Positions 13,161-26,368 are shown, counted from the whole stretch's first letter. The stretch: 63,416 bases of DNA, filler included, from Reticulomyxa filosa (GCA_000512085.1; 17 parts of 17 records of this genome joined end to end with filler, not necessarily neighbours in it); one strand, 5' to 3'. Notes: generated by a model from the sequence alone, not told the origin. Translations and numbers: made by a program.

Positions 13161-13799
13161 TTACACTCCAAAACCTTCTTTTCCGCCTTTGAACCACAAT
13201 CGAATTTGTCGAATCTGAAAGACATAAGTTAAAAACAATGCAGTTCCCTCAATCATTGTCATGTACGCAACGGTGGAACTGCTTGACATGATCTCTTCCC
13301 AAAATGCCTCTTCGACGTCCATGCCTACTGCTTGCATATCTTCGACTGTATCCATTTGTTGGACAATTTGAAGTACATCGTCGGTAATTTTTCCTAGGTT
13401 CCTTTGTTTTGCCAAATTATTATAATGTTCGATGGCCATTCGATGATTTCCTAGCAACTCAATACCTGCCACTTTGTTTGTCCATCGGCTCATTGCATTG
13501 TTTAGACATATCTTATACATTCCTGAAGCTAACGCGGATGGTAGATAATACCTGTCGTATTTATTGGTTACCCTTCTCTCTATCATCCTGTTCATGGGAT
13601 CGAAAAGCCTCATTTCAATGTCATGTCTACCTCCATGACGTACTACGTACAAAAATTCAATGGGCTCTCCTGTGTTGTAATGCTCGTAAAAACATTCCTC
13701 TTTGCCAGACCAAATTTCGACAAATTGAGGTTTTGCAAAGGAGCATGGGTTATCCCAAAGCAGAATAATGAATATCACAAGCCAAGGAAGAGAGTTCAT
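13161..13799 (-). CDS. emp24/gp25L/p24 family (GOLD domain) cargo receptor
   Basis: Signal peptide, EECFYE...YVVRHGG..DI, SGMYKICLNN, coiled coil, TM helix and FQIRQIRLWF tail. Confidence 0.92.
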   Translation of the reverse strand: MNSLPWLVIFIILLWDNPCSFAKPQFVEIWSGKEECFYEHYNTGEPIEFLYVVRHGGRHDIEMRLFDPMNRMIERRVTNKYDRYYLPSALASGMYKICLNNAMSRWTNKVAGIELLGNHRMAIEHYNNLAKQRNLGKITDDVLQIVQQMDTVEDMQAVGMDVEEAFWEEIMSSSSTVAYMTMIEGTALFLTYVFQIRQIRLWFKGGKEGFGV

Positions 13800-14320
13800 T
13801 TAAAAAGTTTGCCTGTCGCGCTGAAGGGTCTTTTCTTTCGTTCAAAAAGCTCAGTCTCTTTTAACGTTAAAAGGAATAGTTTTAGAAGGTTTATTTAAAA
13901 ACACTAAAAAATACATGCTTTTTTTTAATGACATTGATGCTTTGCTTATTTTCAAAATGTGTGTATTATATCTTAAAAAACATAAAAAAATCACATCTAT
14001 TATACACTTTTGAAACTCAATCAATTTTCTTTAATTGTTTTGTTATGCCTTTAATAAATTGGCATAAAATTAAGTTTTGTAACGATGAAATTTACTATAA
14101 AGACAATAGTTATGACGCCTCAATATATCTTTTTACACTACAGATTGACAGTTGAGTTTATTCTTCGAGAATCATCACAAACATTGACATCGTCTCTAAC
14201 CAATTGATACTGACAGTAACCTTCGTTAACAGCTTGCAATGCAAAACGCATTTTGGGATCTTGATTTGGTTTTTGCTGCTATTGATAAATTTTTTTTGTA
14301 CTTGCTTACAGGACACTGAA

Positions 14321-15976
14321 CTAAAACAGTTGAACAGGTAGAAGCCCCTGAAAAAAACTTACCCTATGAATAGTGCATCGATCAGATTTTTGAAATGAAA
14401 AAAGCGAATCACTTTGAGATTGAGTGAGATGTCGACCAGTTAATCCGACATTGTCAATGTTGATGTTGTTTTCGTTAATAATTTGGCGAAGCCTCTCAAC
14501 AACTGTACTGTTGTCAATACTTGTCGACTGGCGAGTCAACTGAAACTCTTGAATGATATCACTCAAGTCAATTTGCAAAATTTTTGAAATACTTGTCAAG
14601 TCACTTCCGTGCCGCAAGGCGTTATGAATCATTTGTGCAAATTTTTCTTTCCTTTGTTCGCATTTGCGTTTTTCATTCAAATTTTTATGTTTAGCAAATT
14701 CCTTATCGTGCACAAATTGTTGGAGCCTATGTTTTTTGTCTTCCAAAATGGTGCACAATTCTTTGGAGTACTGTTCATCTTCGTTTTCTTGTTTCATTCT
14801 GATGCCTTGCGCTCGTGCTTGCCGACAAGTGATTTCGCATGAATTTCTTGTATTTTGTGCTTTTCTTTCTGATTCAGCCGTTTCGTTTTTTCCAAAGTCT
14901 GCTCATATCTCAGATCATTATAATTGCCACCACCTTTTTATTTTTTATTTTTTTTTGTGTTGCTGGGGCAAAAAAAAATAAAAAGTGAATTTTGAAAGCA
15001 GACGTTTGCTTTTGCACTTAACCAAGAGTTGTGTTTTTTCCGCAAGAATGCGCGCTTTTTCACGCTGACTTTCCAATATTTTTTGCTTTCTTTGCAACAC
15101 TTGCTCTCTTTTTTGCCGGGCTTCGATTTTTTTTTTTAATAGTGCCAATTTTTTTGCTTTGTCATAAGTGATGTTTTTCAAGTTTGACAACTGTTGCTGT
15201 TCTTGTGTGGTTTCGATCTTTTTCTCTTGCCCTTTCCAGTTTTCTAGCTCTTGCATTTTCATTGCATGCCGCAGTCGTTTTTGCAAATTTTCTTCTTTTA
15301 TTTTGCTTTCTTTTGCTTTCAATATGTATTCAAACTTTTTTTCACTGTTTCTTTGCCTTTGCAACATTCTTTCTTGCTTTGTTTGTTTTTGCCTTTCAAC
15401 CTCTTTGAGTCGTCTCATTTCTAACTCTTTTCGTCTTTGCTTCTCAAGAGATCTTCTTTCGAGTAGTTGATTTGTCTTAATTTCCTGATATCGAATTTCA
15501 TGTGTTGTTTCATTTTCTTTTTTTAATTTCATTTTTTCCACTTTTAATTCCTCCTTTTTCTTTGTCTCTTCTCGTCTTAGTGTATTTTCTTCTTGCTTTT
15601 TTTGATCCAATCTTATTATTTTTTCACGTTTGCTTTGCTCTTGTAGTTTTAGATTTTCAATTCTATTTAATGCTCGCTTTGACTCGTCTTCGGTCATTGC
15701 TTTAACTATATATGTTTTCAACAAATCTGCTATTTTTCTTGCTTCCACTCTCACGTATTTTTCCATCTCCTTTTCTTGATCATTGGTCCCCAAAATCGCT
15801 TCTGATTCTGTTCTTTGCGGAAGTGCTTCCATTGTTTTGCTGTGGGCCGATTTTTCTGACAGGTGTTTCGTAGATCGGATCGGTTGCATATAGCGTGGTG
15901 TCTTATCCTCGTCTTCATGAGCATGTGCCTCGGATATTTTGTGAGGAGATAATGAAGATGACTTGAATTTCTTCAT
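14321..15976 (-). CDS. Long K/E/Q/R-rich coiled-coil protein, multi-exon
   Basis: 343-aa charged helical ORF plus downstream ORF 14321..14797, separated by an intron-like gap; 3' end uncertain. Confidence 0.6.
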
Positions 15977-16419
15977 TTGATTATTTTTGTTTTAAAAATG
16001 AAATTTTTAATATTGATCAAATACATTTGAGTCAGTATGCCTCATCTTGTCATCAACATCAATCACATAATTCACTTTGCTTGTGGAAAAGATTGCATTT
16101 AGTTAACATCTGAATTTTTCATCTAAAATTTAGGATTTAAGACAAACTCTTTATTTAAAAAATTGTCAGAAAATACTTTTTTTATAATTACAAAATTTGA
16201 ATAACGCACCTGTACTGCAATCTATATTTTTGTTCAAAAAATTTCTGAAAAATTGGGTTACAAATTTAAAACTACTTTATGATGAACACAATGACATCCT
16301 TGGATCCCTGTTATTCGTGCTAGTTGACGTGTGACGACTGTTAAAGAACGTTAAGACTGAACTTAAAAAATATCCTTTCATATATAATATTCACCTGATA
16401 CTCAGGCAGCTCCAGACAC

Positions 16420-16761
16420 ATGTCCCAAGCAATGACACCCGAACAGCAGCTAGACCTGCTAAAAATGGAAATGGAAATCAAAGCAGACTTATTTGATAAA
16501 ATGATAAACCAATGCTTTACCAAGTGCATAACAACACTACCGAGACAAGTGCCATCAAGTCCAAATGACCCTTTGATGGAGCGCTATAAATGGGGCGAAT
16601 TAACTATTCAAGAAAGTGCGTGTGCGGACCGCTGTGTGCAAAAGTTCATGGAGTCTCAAGAAGTTGTACAAAAAAGAATAGAGCACGGAGATCGAACTAA
16701 ACAACAACAAATGCAATGGGAAGTACAAGTTCAAGAAAAAATCAAAAAATGGGGACTATAG
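16420..16761 (+). CDS. Small Tim chaperone, Tim10-like (twin CX3C)
   Basis: EMEIKADLFDKMINQCFTKC...GELTIQESACADRCVQKF fits the Tim10 pattern. Confidence 0.85.
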   Translation: MSQAMTPEQQLDLLKMEMEIKADLFDKMINQCFTKCITTLPRQVPSSPNDPLMERYKWGELTIQESACADRCVQKFMESQEVVQKRIEHGDRTKQQQMQWEVQVQEKIKKWGL

Positions 16762-17666
16762 TGTGTCAGGTTTTTTTGGTGGATTATGGGCAAAAAGATT
16801 TTTGGAAATGGCGGAACAGTTGTCGTTTTTTTTTGTTCGAAGAACATTTTACACATCGAGTTGCAGTTTTCGTGCAAATACACACCAATGCCAAAAAACA
16901 TTTTAAAAATTCAAAGATCTGAAGATCTCATAACAATATAATTTAGTTTGTTGTCACTTTGTGACTCTTAAACAAAATCTTATCTTCCAAAAACCGAAAT
17001 TTCCAACAAATTGTGGCCGAGTTTTTTAAAACTCCCTCAAATGTTGAATTAAAAAAGAGATTGTTGTTACTCTGTTACTTCAATGTTTTCGATCTGTACA
17101 AGATCTTTTGTAAGCATTTTTAAACACTCTTGAGACTGGGAATATATTGCATTTAAAGATTACTGACATTTTTAAAATTTCTCCAAAAAAAAAAAAGGAG
17201 AGCTGGATACATTTGCACGAAACATTTCTTTGTTTTTCTTCCAATTATTTTCAACCTCGCAAATTGTCTATATCCGTTTATCCAATAATTTTGACCCTCC
17301 TAGAGACACAAACTCAGGGAGCGTGATATCTTGTCAAACTAACGAGTCGTAAAAGATGCAAGTACACTTAAACAATGCGAGCATAGTAAAATCTCTGCTA
17401 GCGGATGAAAGCGTCAAAAAAATAATATGCAAGACTGTGTCAGCTTCTCGAGATAGGGATATTTCAATTATAAACATCCAATAATCGCTAGAATTTGTAG
17501 AAATATACTTGTGAGCGCAAAAGAAAACTTTTCAAGATTTCCTTTTACAAAATTTTGATATAAGCTTTTTAATTCCGTATTTTTAAACTGTAAAATAAAC
17601 TATTTGCAAGGATGAACTGTTTGATTTTCTTAAAAAATAAAAAAATTTTACATTTGATTATTGCTT

Positions 17667-18726
17667 TCATAATATTTTCCATAGTCGAATTGTTCCATCA
17701 TAGGATGATGATGCAATCATATTACCATTGGCAGACACATCTACTCGTGTTATACCTTTTGAATGTCCTTCCATTTTCTGAAGTTCCACCCCAAATTTCA
17801 CATCCCACAGACGAATTGCTTTATCCTTGTCCATTGAACAAGACACAATAGTTTGACAGTCTGGAAAGAATTGCACATCATTCACGCCACCTGAATGCAC
17901 TAACTTTCTTATTTGCGTTTTTGATATGAGATCATATATTCGAGTTGCACTATCATTTGAAATAGTTGCAGCAGAGGGAGCTGACAGAGGTAATTGCGCT
18001 CGTATAGCATAGCTGGAGTGCCCTTGCAGCTCGTGTATGATATCTCCAGAATTGACATCCCAAATTGCAATTGTGTTGTCATCTGACAATGTCATAACGT
18101 GCTGACAATCAGATAAAAACTGTACATCACGTATTTCCTCAACACTCTCTTCCAAGATGTGTATCACCTGTCCGGACATTACGTCCCATATTCGAATTGT
18201 TTGATCATTGGAATTCGATACAAGCTTTTTCCCATCGGATGAAAAATGAACACTTGTTACCGCACTTGAATGTCCCTGCAATTTTCTTACTTCCCTAAAC
18301 GATCTCACATCCCATAATCGAATGCTCTTATCATTAGAACATGACGCAATCATAGTTCCATCAGGTGAAAATTGCGCATCATTAACACAACTTGTATGGC
18401 CTCTCAATGATCGAATTTCATTTCCTAATTGTGTATTCCAAATCCGAACAGTCTTGTCCTTGGAAGCTGAAACAATTTTGGTAGCATCCGATGAAAACTT
18501 TGCACTGTTCACAACGTCGAAATGCCCTTGGAGAACTCTTAATGGTCTAAAGTATTTTCCCTGTTGTATATTGGATACCGTATAATTTTTAATTGAAAAT
18601 AAACAACAGCCAAACAATACATACGAGCGTATATCGTGAAATGATAATATTAAATTCAGGAATCCATCCCATCTTGATGAACAATGAGCGGACCCAATGT
18701 CGAAGTGCAATATCAATTACTTTTGC
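17667..18726 (-). CDS. WD40-repeat protein (about 7 blades), 5' truncated
   Basis: Repeated GH...FSxDG...SxDxTIRxWD units; preceded by an intron and the linker exon IDIALRHWVRSLFIKMGWIPEFNIIISRYTL (~18625..18726). Confidence 0.92.
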
Positions 18727-18727
18727 T

Positions 18728-18767
<40 letters not shown>

Positions 18768-18877
18768 NNNNNNNNNNNNNNNNNNNNNNNNNNNNNNNNN
18801 NNNNNNNNNNNTTAATTAATTAANNNNNNNNNNNNNNNNNNNNNNNNNNNNNNNNNNNNNNNNNNNNTTTTAAAAAT

Positions 18878-18911
<34 letters not shown>

Positions 18912-18912
18912 G

Positions 18913-19388
18913 GTGCAATAGTGGTGTATGAACCAAAAGCCGACAAAGTCATCGGTTCACAGATCCGACGATGATGCATGATATACCGACCAGCCCGGCC
19001 AGCAGCATTCACATAAATAACTACACATTGCCGACGAATACGTCGCAGGACGGGATAGCGCTGAGCCCGGACGGCAAGCATGTGTACTATTGCCCCATGG
19101 CCAGCTATGCGTTGTATCGTATCCCCACGGCGACGCTGATCAACTACGAGAGCGACACGACGAACAAGTCGATCCAGTCGCTGGGGTCACGGCGGTCGCA
19201 AATGGATGGCATGACATTCAGCAATGAAAGCGTGCTTTATTTGGAAGTTTCAGTGACAACGCCATCGCGTCGTGGATGTGGCAAAACTCGTATGCGACGA
19301 CTCTCCCCAATTTGTCATCTATTGAACAACTCCTTTATTCCAATGCCACCACTATGCAATGGCAAGATACATGGGCTTGGGACAATCA

Positions 19389-19426
<38 letters not shown>

Positions 19427-19439
19427 TGAACTTTAGAAA

Positions 19440-19483
<44 letters not shown>

Positions 19484-19877
19484 GTATTTGTGGTGGACGA
19501 CTAATCGATTGCATCGGTTCTTTTTGGGCAACATGGACTGGAATGGTGGTGAAGGCCCTAATATGCGGGTGCTCAAGTTATATGTTGGCGCGGGGTCATA
19601 CATGGTGAAAGGCGTGCAGATCGTGCACGACTCTGACGACACCTTCTCGCCTGCAAATATTGTGCTGTTTGTCGTCCTAGGCTGTCTGCTCATTGCGCTG
19701 TGCTACACTTTGATCTCGTACGCTAATGTATATCGCAAACGGATGGAACAACCGCAACGATACTCACAGCAATACTCACAACAACATTCACAACAACATT
19801 CACAACAACACTCACAACAACACTCACAACAACAACCTCGCGATTTGACTGCTTATCAAAAAATGCCTGATCAGTGA
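18913..19877 (+). CDS. Major royal jelly protein/Yellow-like beta-propeller with C-terminal TM helix, 5' truncated
   Basis: GAIVVY, DGIALSPDGKHVYYCPMASYALYRIPT, SQMDGMTFS, MQWQDTWAWDNQ|GYLWWTTNRLHRF. Needs two single-base homopolymer corrections (~18946, ~19240) and intron 19390..19481. Confidence 0.8.
19758..19834 (+). repeat. Coding 12-bp tandem repeat (QQHS/QQYS)
   Basis: About six copies of caacaacattca-like units encoding YSQQYSQQHSQQHSQQHSQQHSQQ. Confidence 0.85.
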
Positions 19878-20062
19878 TCTTCATCAAGTCTTTATTGTTT
19901 TCACACTTCTTTTTTTATTCATTCTTGTTTCTTGCTTTTTTTTTTTTTTGTTCCTGTCTTATNNNNNNNNNNNNNNNNNNNNNNNNNNNNNNNNNNNNNN
20001 NNNNNNTTAATTAATTAANNNNNNNNNNNNNNNNNNNNNNNNNNNNNNNNNNNNNNNNNNNN

Positions 20063-22763
20063 TAAAAAATAAAGTCGATTCAAGACAGGAATTAATAAAC
20101 ATTTTTGTAGCAAGTGTTGAAAATGAGGCATTTGTTCCATTGTTCGATAAAGATGAGATAACTGATCTAGAATTGCATGTTTGGAAAGTGAAAGTATGTT
20201 ATCAAGCATGTTTTCCATTCAGCTGGAATTTTCACATGCGGTGTCTTGACAAACTCCAAATCATCTCCGATGACACTTTGAATACGGAGTCTATTGGCAT
20301 CAATGATGAGGTATTGAAAACTTGTGCTCTCTTGAAAAGTAAATTGAATAAAGATGGTGATAATGCTTTCTTAAAATTGAATCAATGCAGTCCTGAAACT
20401 TGTGAATTTTATGTGAAGGATGTGATTCGTGGAAAATTTCATGCCTACTTTTCAATGGAAGACAGCGAACAAATAGCTAAAATTCTCAAAGACATTGTAT
20501 TGCGTATAGTTCAAATAGTTATTGGTAAGAATAATCTTATGAGTATCACATCCATTGAGACAGTTTTGTATTATTTCGAGAATGTCATTACCAAGTATGT
20601 GCAGCTGGTGTTTGTCTTCAAAGATGCAACTGTGGTGATGTCCGACGTTAAGGAAATATTGTCCAATTGTGAATTGACAATGTCTTTGGAACAATTGACT
20701 ATGGTTACATCCATCATGTGCGAATATTTCTTAACACATGAGCCTCCAGAAAGTGAATTGGAGGACTTTGCTTCCAAAATGACAATTGCATGTCAGGCGA
20801 CAATAACCATTCTCAAGTTCCTGCGCCAACAACAATATACTGAATTCAAAATCTATCAAGACTTTTTGTCAGTATGTCGACAACTCCATATGAGGGCCTT
20901 AATCATCAAACATTTTATGAAACCTATCACAAGCTTCACCACAAGAATTGATAATAATAATAATGGCAATAATTTTGAGGTACGAAAAGGATTTTTGAAA
21001 GATGTCAATATCATTCCTAAGATAATCAAGTCTGCGACCAAATATATCATTCTTCCTCATTCCAAGATCTATTTCATTCGTGATTTGTTACATGCTGTTG
21101 AAAGTATTGAACACGTGGAGGAATTTGATAACCAAAAAACATTTCAAGATGTCATCCAAACACTATTTAATGAACCACAAAATTTTGTTGAATTATCTTT
21201 GTGGAAATATTTACTCAAGTTTCAATCTTTGGAAATATTGGTACGAAATCAATGGCTCCACATTCTAAAATCTCCTAAGGCTTTCATTGATGTGGTTCAT
21301 GTTTATGAAAAATTATTTGTGGACACTGACTTCAAAATAAATGTATTTGAGCAAGAAAGTTATGATGCAAACCAAAAAATTGCAGTAGTTGCAAAATTAA
21401 AAGTTCGATTGACGAAGTGCATGTATTTGTTTTTTGAAAATGCAATAATGACCGAAGAGGTGTTAAAAAAGGACAAAACGAGATCGATATTTTACAATAT
21501 TTGTGAATATTTATTATATTTCGGAAATAACAGAGACAAATTTGGTGATTCTTGGAAAGAATATGAACATCATTTACATCAATGGTTTTTAAGAGAATGT
21601 TATATGTTGAAAGGTGTCAATTGGACAAAACAATTCTTTACACAACGATTGATTCGACAGCAATTCCCTATCTTTGTTAACCAGGAAGTGAGCAATGTCT
21701 TCTCTCAATTGCAATGGCAACGTAGCAACGACCAGTTCGCACAGCCATTTAATGAAACATTTCGAAAAAGGTACAATTATTTCAAAGAGAAATTAACAGC
21801 AAGTGATTACAATTGTTACAAAGGGGACAAACAAGATATTCCTCCTTTATTAACCGCCGCACTTTTCATATCAATCTCTGTCTCTCAGTTCAAAAAATTA
21901 CCAGGTTACGTACTAAAACAAACATGCACATATATTGTTTATGTGATGGATAATCCAAGAGGTAATAAATCTGTGTTTATGTCATTTCCACAAAATAGAG
22001 ATATTCTTATTTTTACAAACTCTAAATTGCATAAGTTCACCAGTGGAGCAAGCATTTGTAAGTAAATTGCTGCCAACAAATTCACAGACAACAATGTTTC
22101 ATTCGTCAAATTTTAAAGATATAACTGATGAGACCATTGCTCGACTTTGTTTTCATTGGTTGGGTACCCTGCAAATCACCAAAAGTTCTTTACTTTTTTA
22201 CTTGTTTTTATGAAAAACGTAAAACATTGCACTCAAATTGTTTGGAATATTGTTGCAGGTAACCCATTCAAAATATTGTTAACTGATCCCAACAAATTTG
22301 AAAAAGAGAGAAAGCCAGGTGAGCAGCCTGAAAACAAAACGCAAGAGACAGATTTTGTAATTCGCTATTGCTCAAATGGACATTCCTTTTTTGTAAAGAA
22401 ATGTCAGAGTTATCACAAAGAAATCAAATGTCCAGATCCTTGGTGTAATGCATTAATTAAAAAAGTGGATACAACACCAAACACACAAACTGTCATTGAG
22501 TATGTGGACACAGCACAGAGATTTTTTTTCTGTTTGTTTGTTTCAAATTACAAAACATAAAAATTGCATTGTGTATAAATCAATAGTGAAAATAAAGAAG
22601 ACACAAAGCGGGCCACAACGATGTCTCCATCAAGTTGTACATTGTTACAATTGTTGGGTCGTTTGACATTGCTGTTGGGAAGCGTATGTAAACCACAGGA
22701 AAATACATATTGTCGGTGGAAAGTAGCGAAACAGAAATTTCTATTGTTATCCAAAATGACGGA
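20063..22763 (+). CDS. RNF213/mysterin-like giant protein, internal fragment with RZ-type zinc finger
   Basis: Long helical ORF, then YCSNGHSFFVKKCQSYHKEIKCPDPWC (RZ spacing), then an exon reading MSPSSCTLLQLLGRLTLLLGS, resembling the helix that follows the RZ finger in RNF213. Confidence 0.65.
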
Positions 22764-22863
22764 NNNNNNNNNNNNNNNNNNNNNNNNNNNNNNNNNNNNN
22801 NNNNNNNTTAATTAATTAANNNNNNNNNNNNNNNNNNNNNNNNNNNNNNNNNNNNNNNNNNNN

Positions 22864-23134
22864 GGGATCCACCACCCTCGCAATGTAACACCATCCTCTG
22901 TAGTTATGTCGACGTTTTTGTAGGGCATTCGGAAATTTCTGGATTCAAGTGAAAGTCATCTGTCCAGTTCCGAGCTCTTGGACGGTTTATTATGTGTACT
23001 GCTGTGGCAGCAGTGCCAGCAGTCGCAAGCCCCGCCACTGCTGTGCCTACGAACAAGCTCTGGCCAGTAAAACGCAACAAAGATCTCCACGTCAGAAAAC
23101 GAGTGAAATTAGCACGAATTGCTCTCATCCGCAT
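22864..23134 (-). CDS. Alpha/beta-hydrolase-family protein, N-terminal fragment
   Basis: After one homopolymer frameshift (~22935) the frame reads MPYKNVDITTEDGVTLRGWWIP, a typical pre-hydrolase motif (TxDGxxLxGW); preceded by an Arg-rich presequence-like segment and a hydrophobic stretch. Confidence 0.6.
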
Positions 23135-23489
23135 GATTGTCACAAAGATAATGGGACAAAAGACACAAAATTTTCTTGAGATTTTACGTGCTGTCTTGTC
23201 CTACCCCTTTTCTTGGTGGTCAAAGGCCAGAAAAACAAAAGTAAAGGACTACAATTCATTCTTAATAGTAGGTATCCATGTCATCACAGAGGCGAGACCT
23301 TTACTTAATTTAGTGAATGAAATACTGTTATAAATTTTCATACAACAAAATCCGAAACGTCAGAAGAAGTAGGAAAAAGGTGGCAAATTTTTTGCTCTTC
23401 TGCATTTTTAATCCTCATTCTTAGCACCATATCTTTAAAAAGACATTTGTTGGTGCTCTTCACATTTTATCCCTCTTTTTCAAGTAACA

Positions 23490-24408
23490 ATGGGAGGAAC
23501 ATGCTCAGCATGCTCAGATGCAAGCCAGCCAGATGCCACAACAAAAGGAAGACAGTCATTGCTGCCAGAAGTTATCTCTGCCCCAAACCAAAACAAAAGA
23601 ACATTCCAAAGAGGCAAACAAAAAATGTTGTGTTTTTGAATGGTGGATACGTCGAACAGCGACAAGAGACATTGTCGGTAGCAACAGAAGATACAGTGGT
23701 ACAATAAACATATGTGTGTTTGTGCATGAAAAGGAGTTGTATTTGTGCTGAAATTACTTAGTGAAATGCAAACTTAGGCAACGTCAGAGAATGAAGATGG
23801 AGCAGTACAAACGCCTCCAGACTTAAGTCAAATCAGTACATTATTTGAAGATTTAGCTAAATTTATGAAAGATTTACCAACAGCAAGTAAAAAACATATA
23901 TGGGAGCATGCAATCAACAAAAAAAATAAGAAAAAAAACAAAACAAAGATCGAAAAAACATCTGAACAGAAACAAATCACCAAAGTGCTCTGTGATTGTG
24001 TTATTATTTATGTCAAAGTTATTTATTTTATTTTTTTTGTTAATAGGAGGGAGTTCACAAGGAGGGGGACTTCTCAATTTTTTGTTATATGAAAATAAAA
24101 ATATGGGAAAAAAAAAAATGTTGTGAACAAAGTATTTGAATCGTAAGCAAAAAACAATGAAAATCGATACGGTGTTGCCTCATGTTGAACCTGCTGCACA
24201 ATGGATTTTTAAAAAATACAAATTTTTGGAAAAACACCGATTTGAACAAGAAAGCACGTATTTTGCTGATATGCTGCAAGAATATCATGTTTTATTTTAT
24301 TTTTGTTTTTATTGTAATACAATATTTTCTTGTATTCAACTTTTTTTTATTTTTTGTATATGTTTGGGTTAAACGAAATAGATTTCAATCCAAGCCACTA
24401 AGAATTAA
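23490..24408 (+). CDS. Hypothetical multi-exon protein with putative N-terminal acylation motif
   Basis: MGGTCSACS start (Gly2 plus Cys residues); coding-like exons at ~23780-24017 and ~24150-24288 bounded by GT/AG; model tentative. Confidence 0.4.
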
Positions 24409-25487
24409 GTAATATGTTCAGTAGAATCGACTTTGAAACGCAGCCAAAGAAAATATAATAACCTTTTTTTTCCCTCATCAATTGAGATGTGGAATATTTA
24501 GTTGTTTATTGCTTGTTGGTTGTTTAATTGTGAGAAACTAACAAACGGGCTTTTTGAATTTCACTACAATTATGCTTTTTTATTTTGTCTATTTTTTTTT
24601 TTTTTGTAACAAACAAGAGGGACAGTGGGAAGAAACAATTGTATTTTTGATTTTGTGGAAAATTTTATGTGGAGGGGAGAAATCGTTTGATTACAGTTGA
24701 ATTTTTTTGAGGCACCACTACCCTCCTTTTTTATGTGAAAATTAGCCACCAAGACTATGTCATCTTTGACCTTTTCAATAATGCCTGTTGGATTTTTATT
24801 TTATCATTAACATTTGTAAAGGATCTATTAATTAATCAACTGATAACTATTCGTTTTGTTCATTTTTGGTTAATGAGACTTGTCTTTACTCATTAACATC
24901 AAATTTTTGCCAATTGGGCCGCTTGCAATAAAAACTGTGAAAAAATTCTTAGGATCGTGTCTTTGCCTTTCAAAATTTTTTCAAATGAACAAATTTTCTT
25001 GTTTTCGAAACTATGCATCATTTAATTGTTTCAAGAAAAAAAATTAAAATTAAGACTTGTTGTACAAAAACTGCTTGTTTGTATCCTTCTCCCTTTCGTG
25101 TATCCTAGCAGAAACTATGTATAAAGGCGTTTTCATTTTTTTTCCGCACAAAATTTTGTTGTTCACGCTAGTGAATTAAGCAAAACTTCGAACTGAGGAT
25201 CTGACGAACATGCGTATGTGAAAGTGTACAAAAAGCAAAAAAATAACCTAATGGATTGAAAACGAAAGTATTAGAAGAATTATAGAGAAAAGTGGCACGG
25301 CATTTTGATTTGTTTTATTGAAATTTGATTTTATTTGCATGTATGAAAGAAAACGCGAAACAAATAAACAAGTACGAATCCCTCATTCGAATCCCTCATT
25401 TAAAAGCATCAAACTATCTGTCAAATTTTTCACTTAACAAGATGGTTCCTCTTTCTTTGACAATGGAGAACCCAAAAAATCCCGTAA

Positions 25488-26368
25488 CTATCGTGTGGAT
25501 ACTTCCCATGGCTCTACCTTTTTTTTATATTCATCATCATATCTATTCCATGTGCCATTTTGTAGAGTTTGAGCAAAAGGATTAAATCCTTCAGTCGGCG
25601 TGGTGAATCCGTTATCGTTAGCAAAAGAAATAGGATTTTCCTGACCAACTTCAGTGTTGAACGCATGGCGAAACTTGTCAGTCAAATTGCCAGCCGCTAA
25701 CTGGTTCAAAGGGATTTGTTGAGGAGGTTTAAGTTTAATAGTTTGTGTCCGTGATTGAAAATGGTCATGAAATGTGGTTTGTTGTTTCGAGTAAAGTTCA
25801 TTGTCATTGGAGCTTTGCTGTTGGGTTGTGGCATTGTGTGTGTGTGGGATGAGCGAGATAATTTCTTCGTCATCCTCATTATGTTCATCGTGCTGAAAAA
25901 TTTGAGCAATGGAATCCTTATCGGGGCGATGTTGATGACGAAGATCAGAGGAAGGACTTTGGGATTGAACAGGTAAAACACTCAAGGCAATATCCCCCAG
26001 TTGTGCATTTCGATGTTGTTTTTGTCGTTCGTATGCGTCTTCCTGCTCTTGAATCTGCCGTTCAAACACATTGTACATGATGACGCCAGAAATGACCATG
26101 ACGAAGCTGACAAAGTATAATGGATGCAGTTCGATACGAAATAAAAACATGCCGGCGCACATGGCATACAAATCCGAGGTAAGCAGCGACAAGTTCATCA
26201 ATGTCGCGTTGGAATAGGTTAAAAACACAGGTGCCAACGTATAAAAGCATATTGTCGCACCGACATAGCCAATATAATAGCCCCAAGCGATCCAATTCAT
26301 TTGAGCTTGCATTATCACATGTCGTTCCAAAATTAGTCCTTGAGTTAGCGACACTATAAATCCATAAG
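25488..26368 (-). CDS. SLC35F1/F2-like (DUF914) solute transporter, 3' part
   Basis: FYTLAPVFLTYSNATLMNLSLLTSDLYA...LYFVSFVMVISGVIMYN carries the SLC35F-type NLSLLTxD signature; followed by a hydrophilic tail. Confidence 0.85.
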
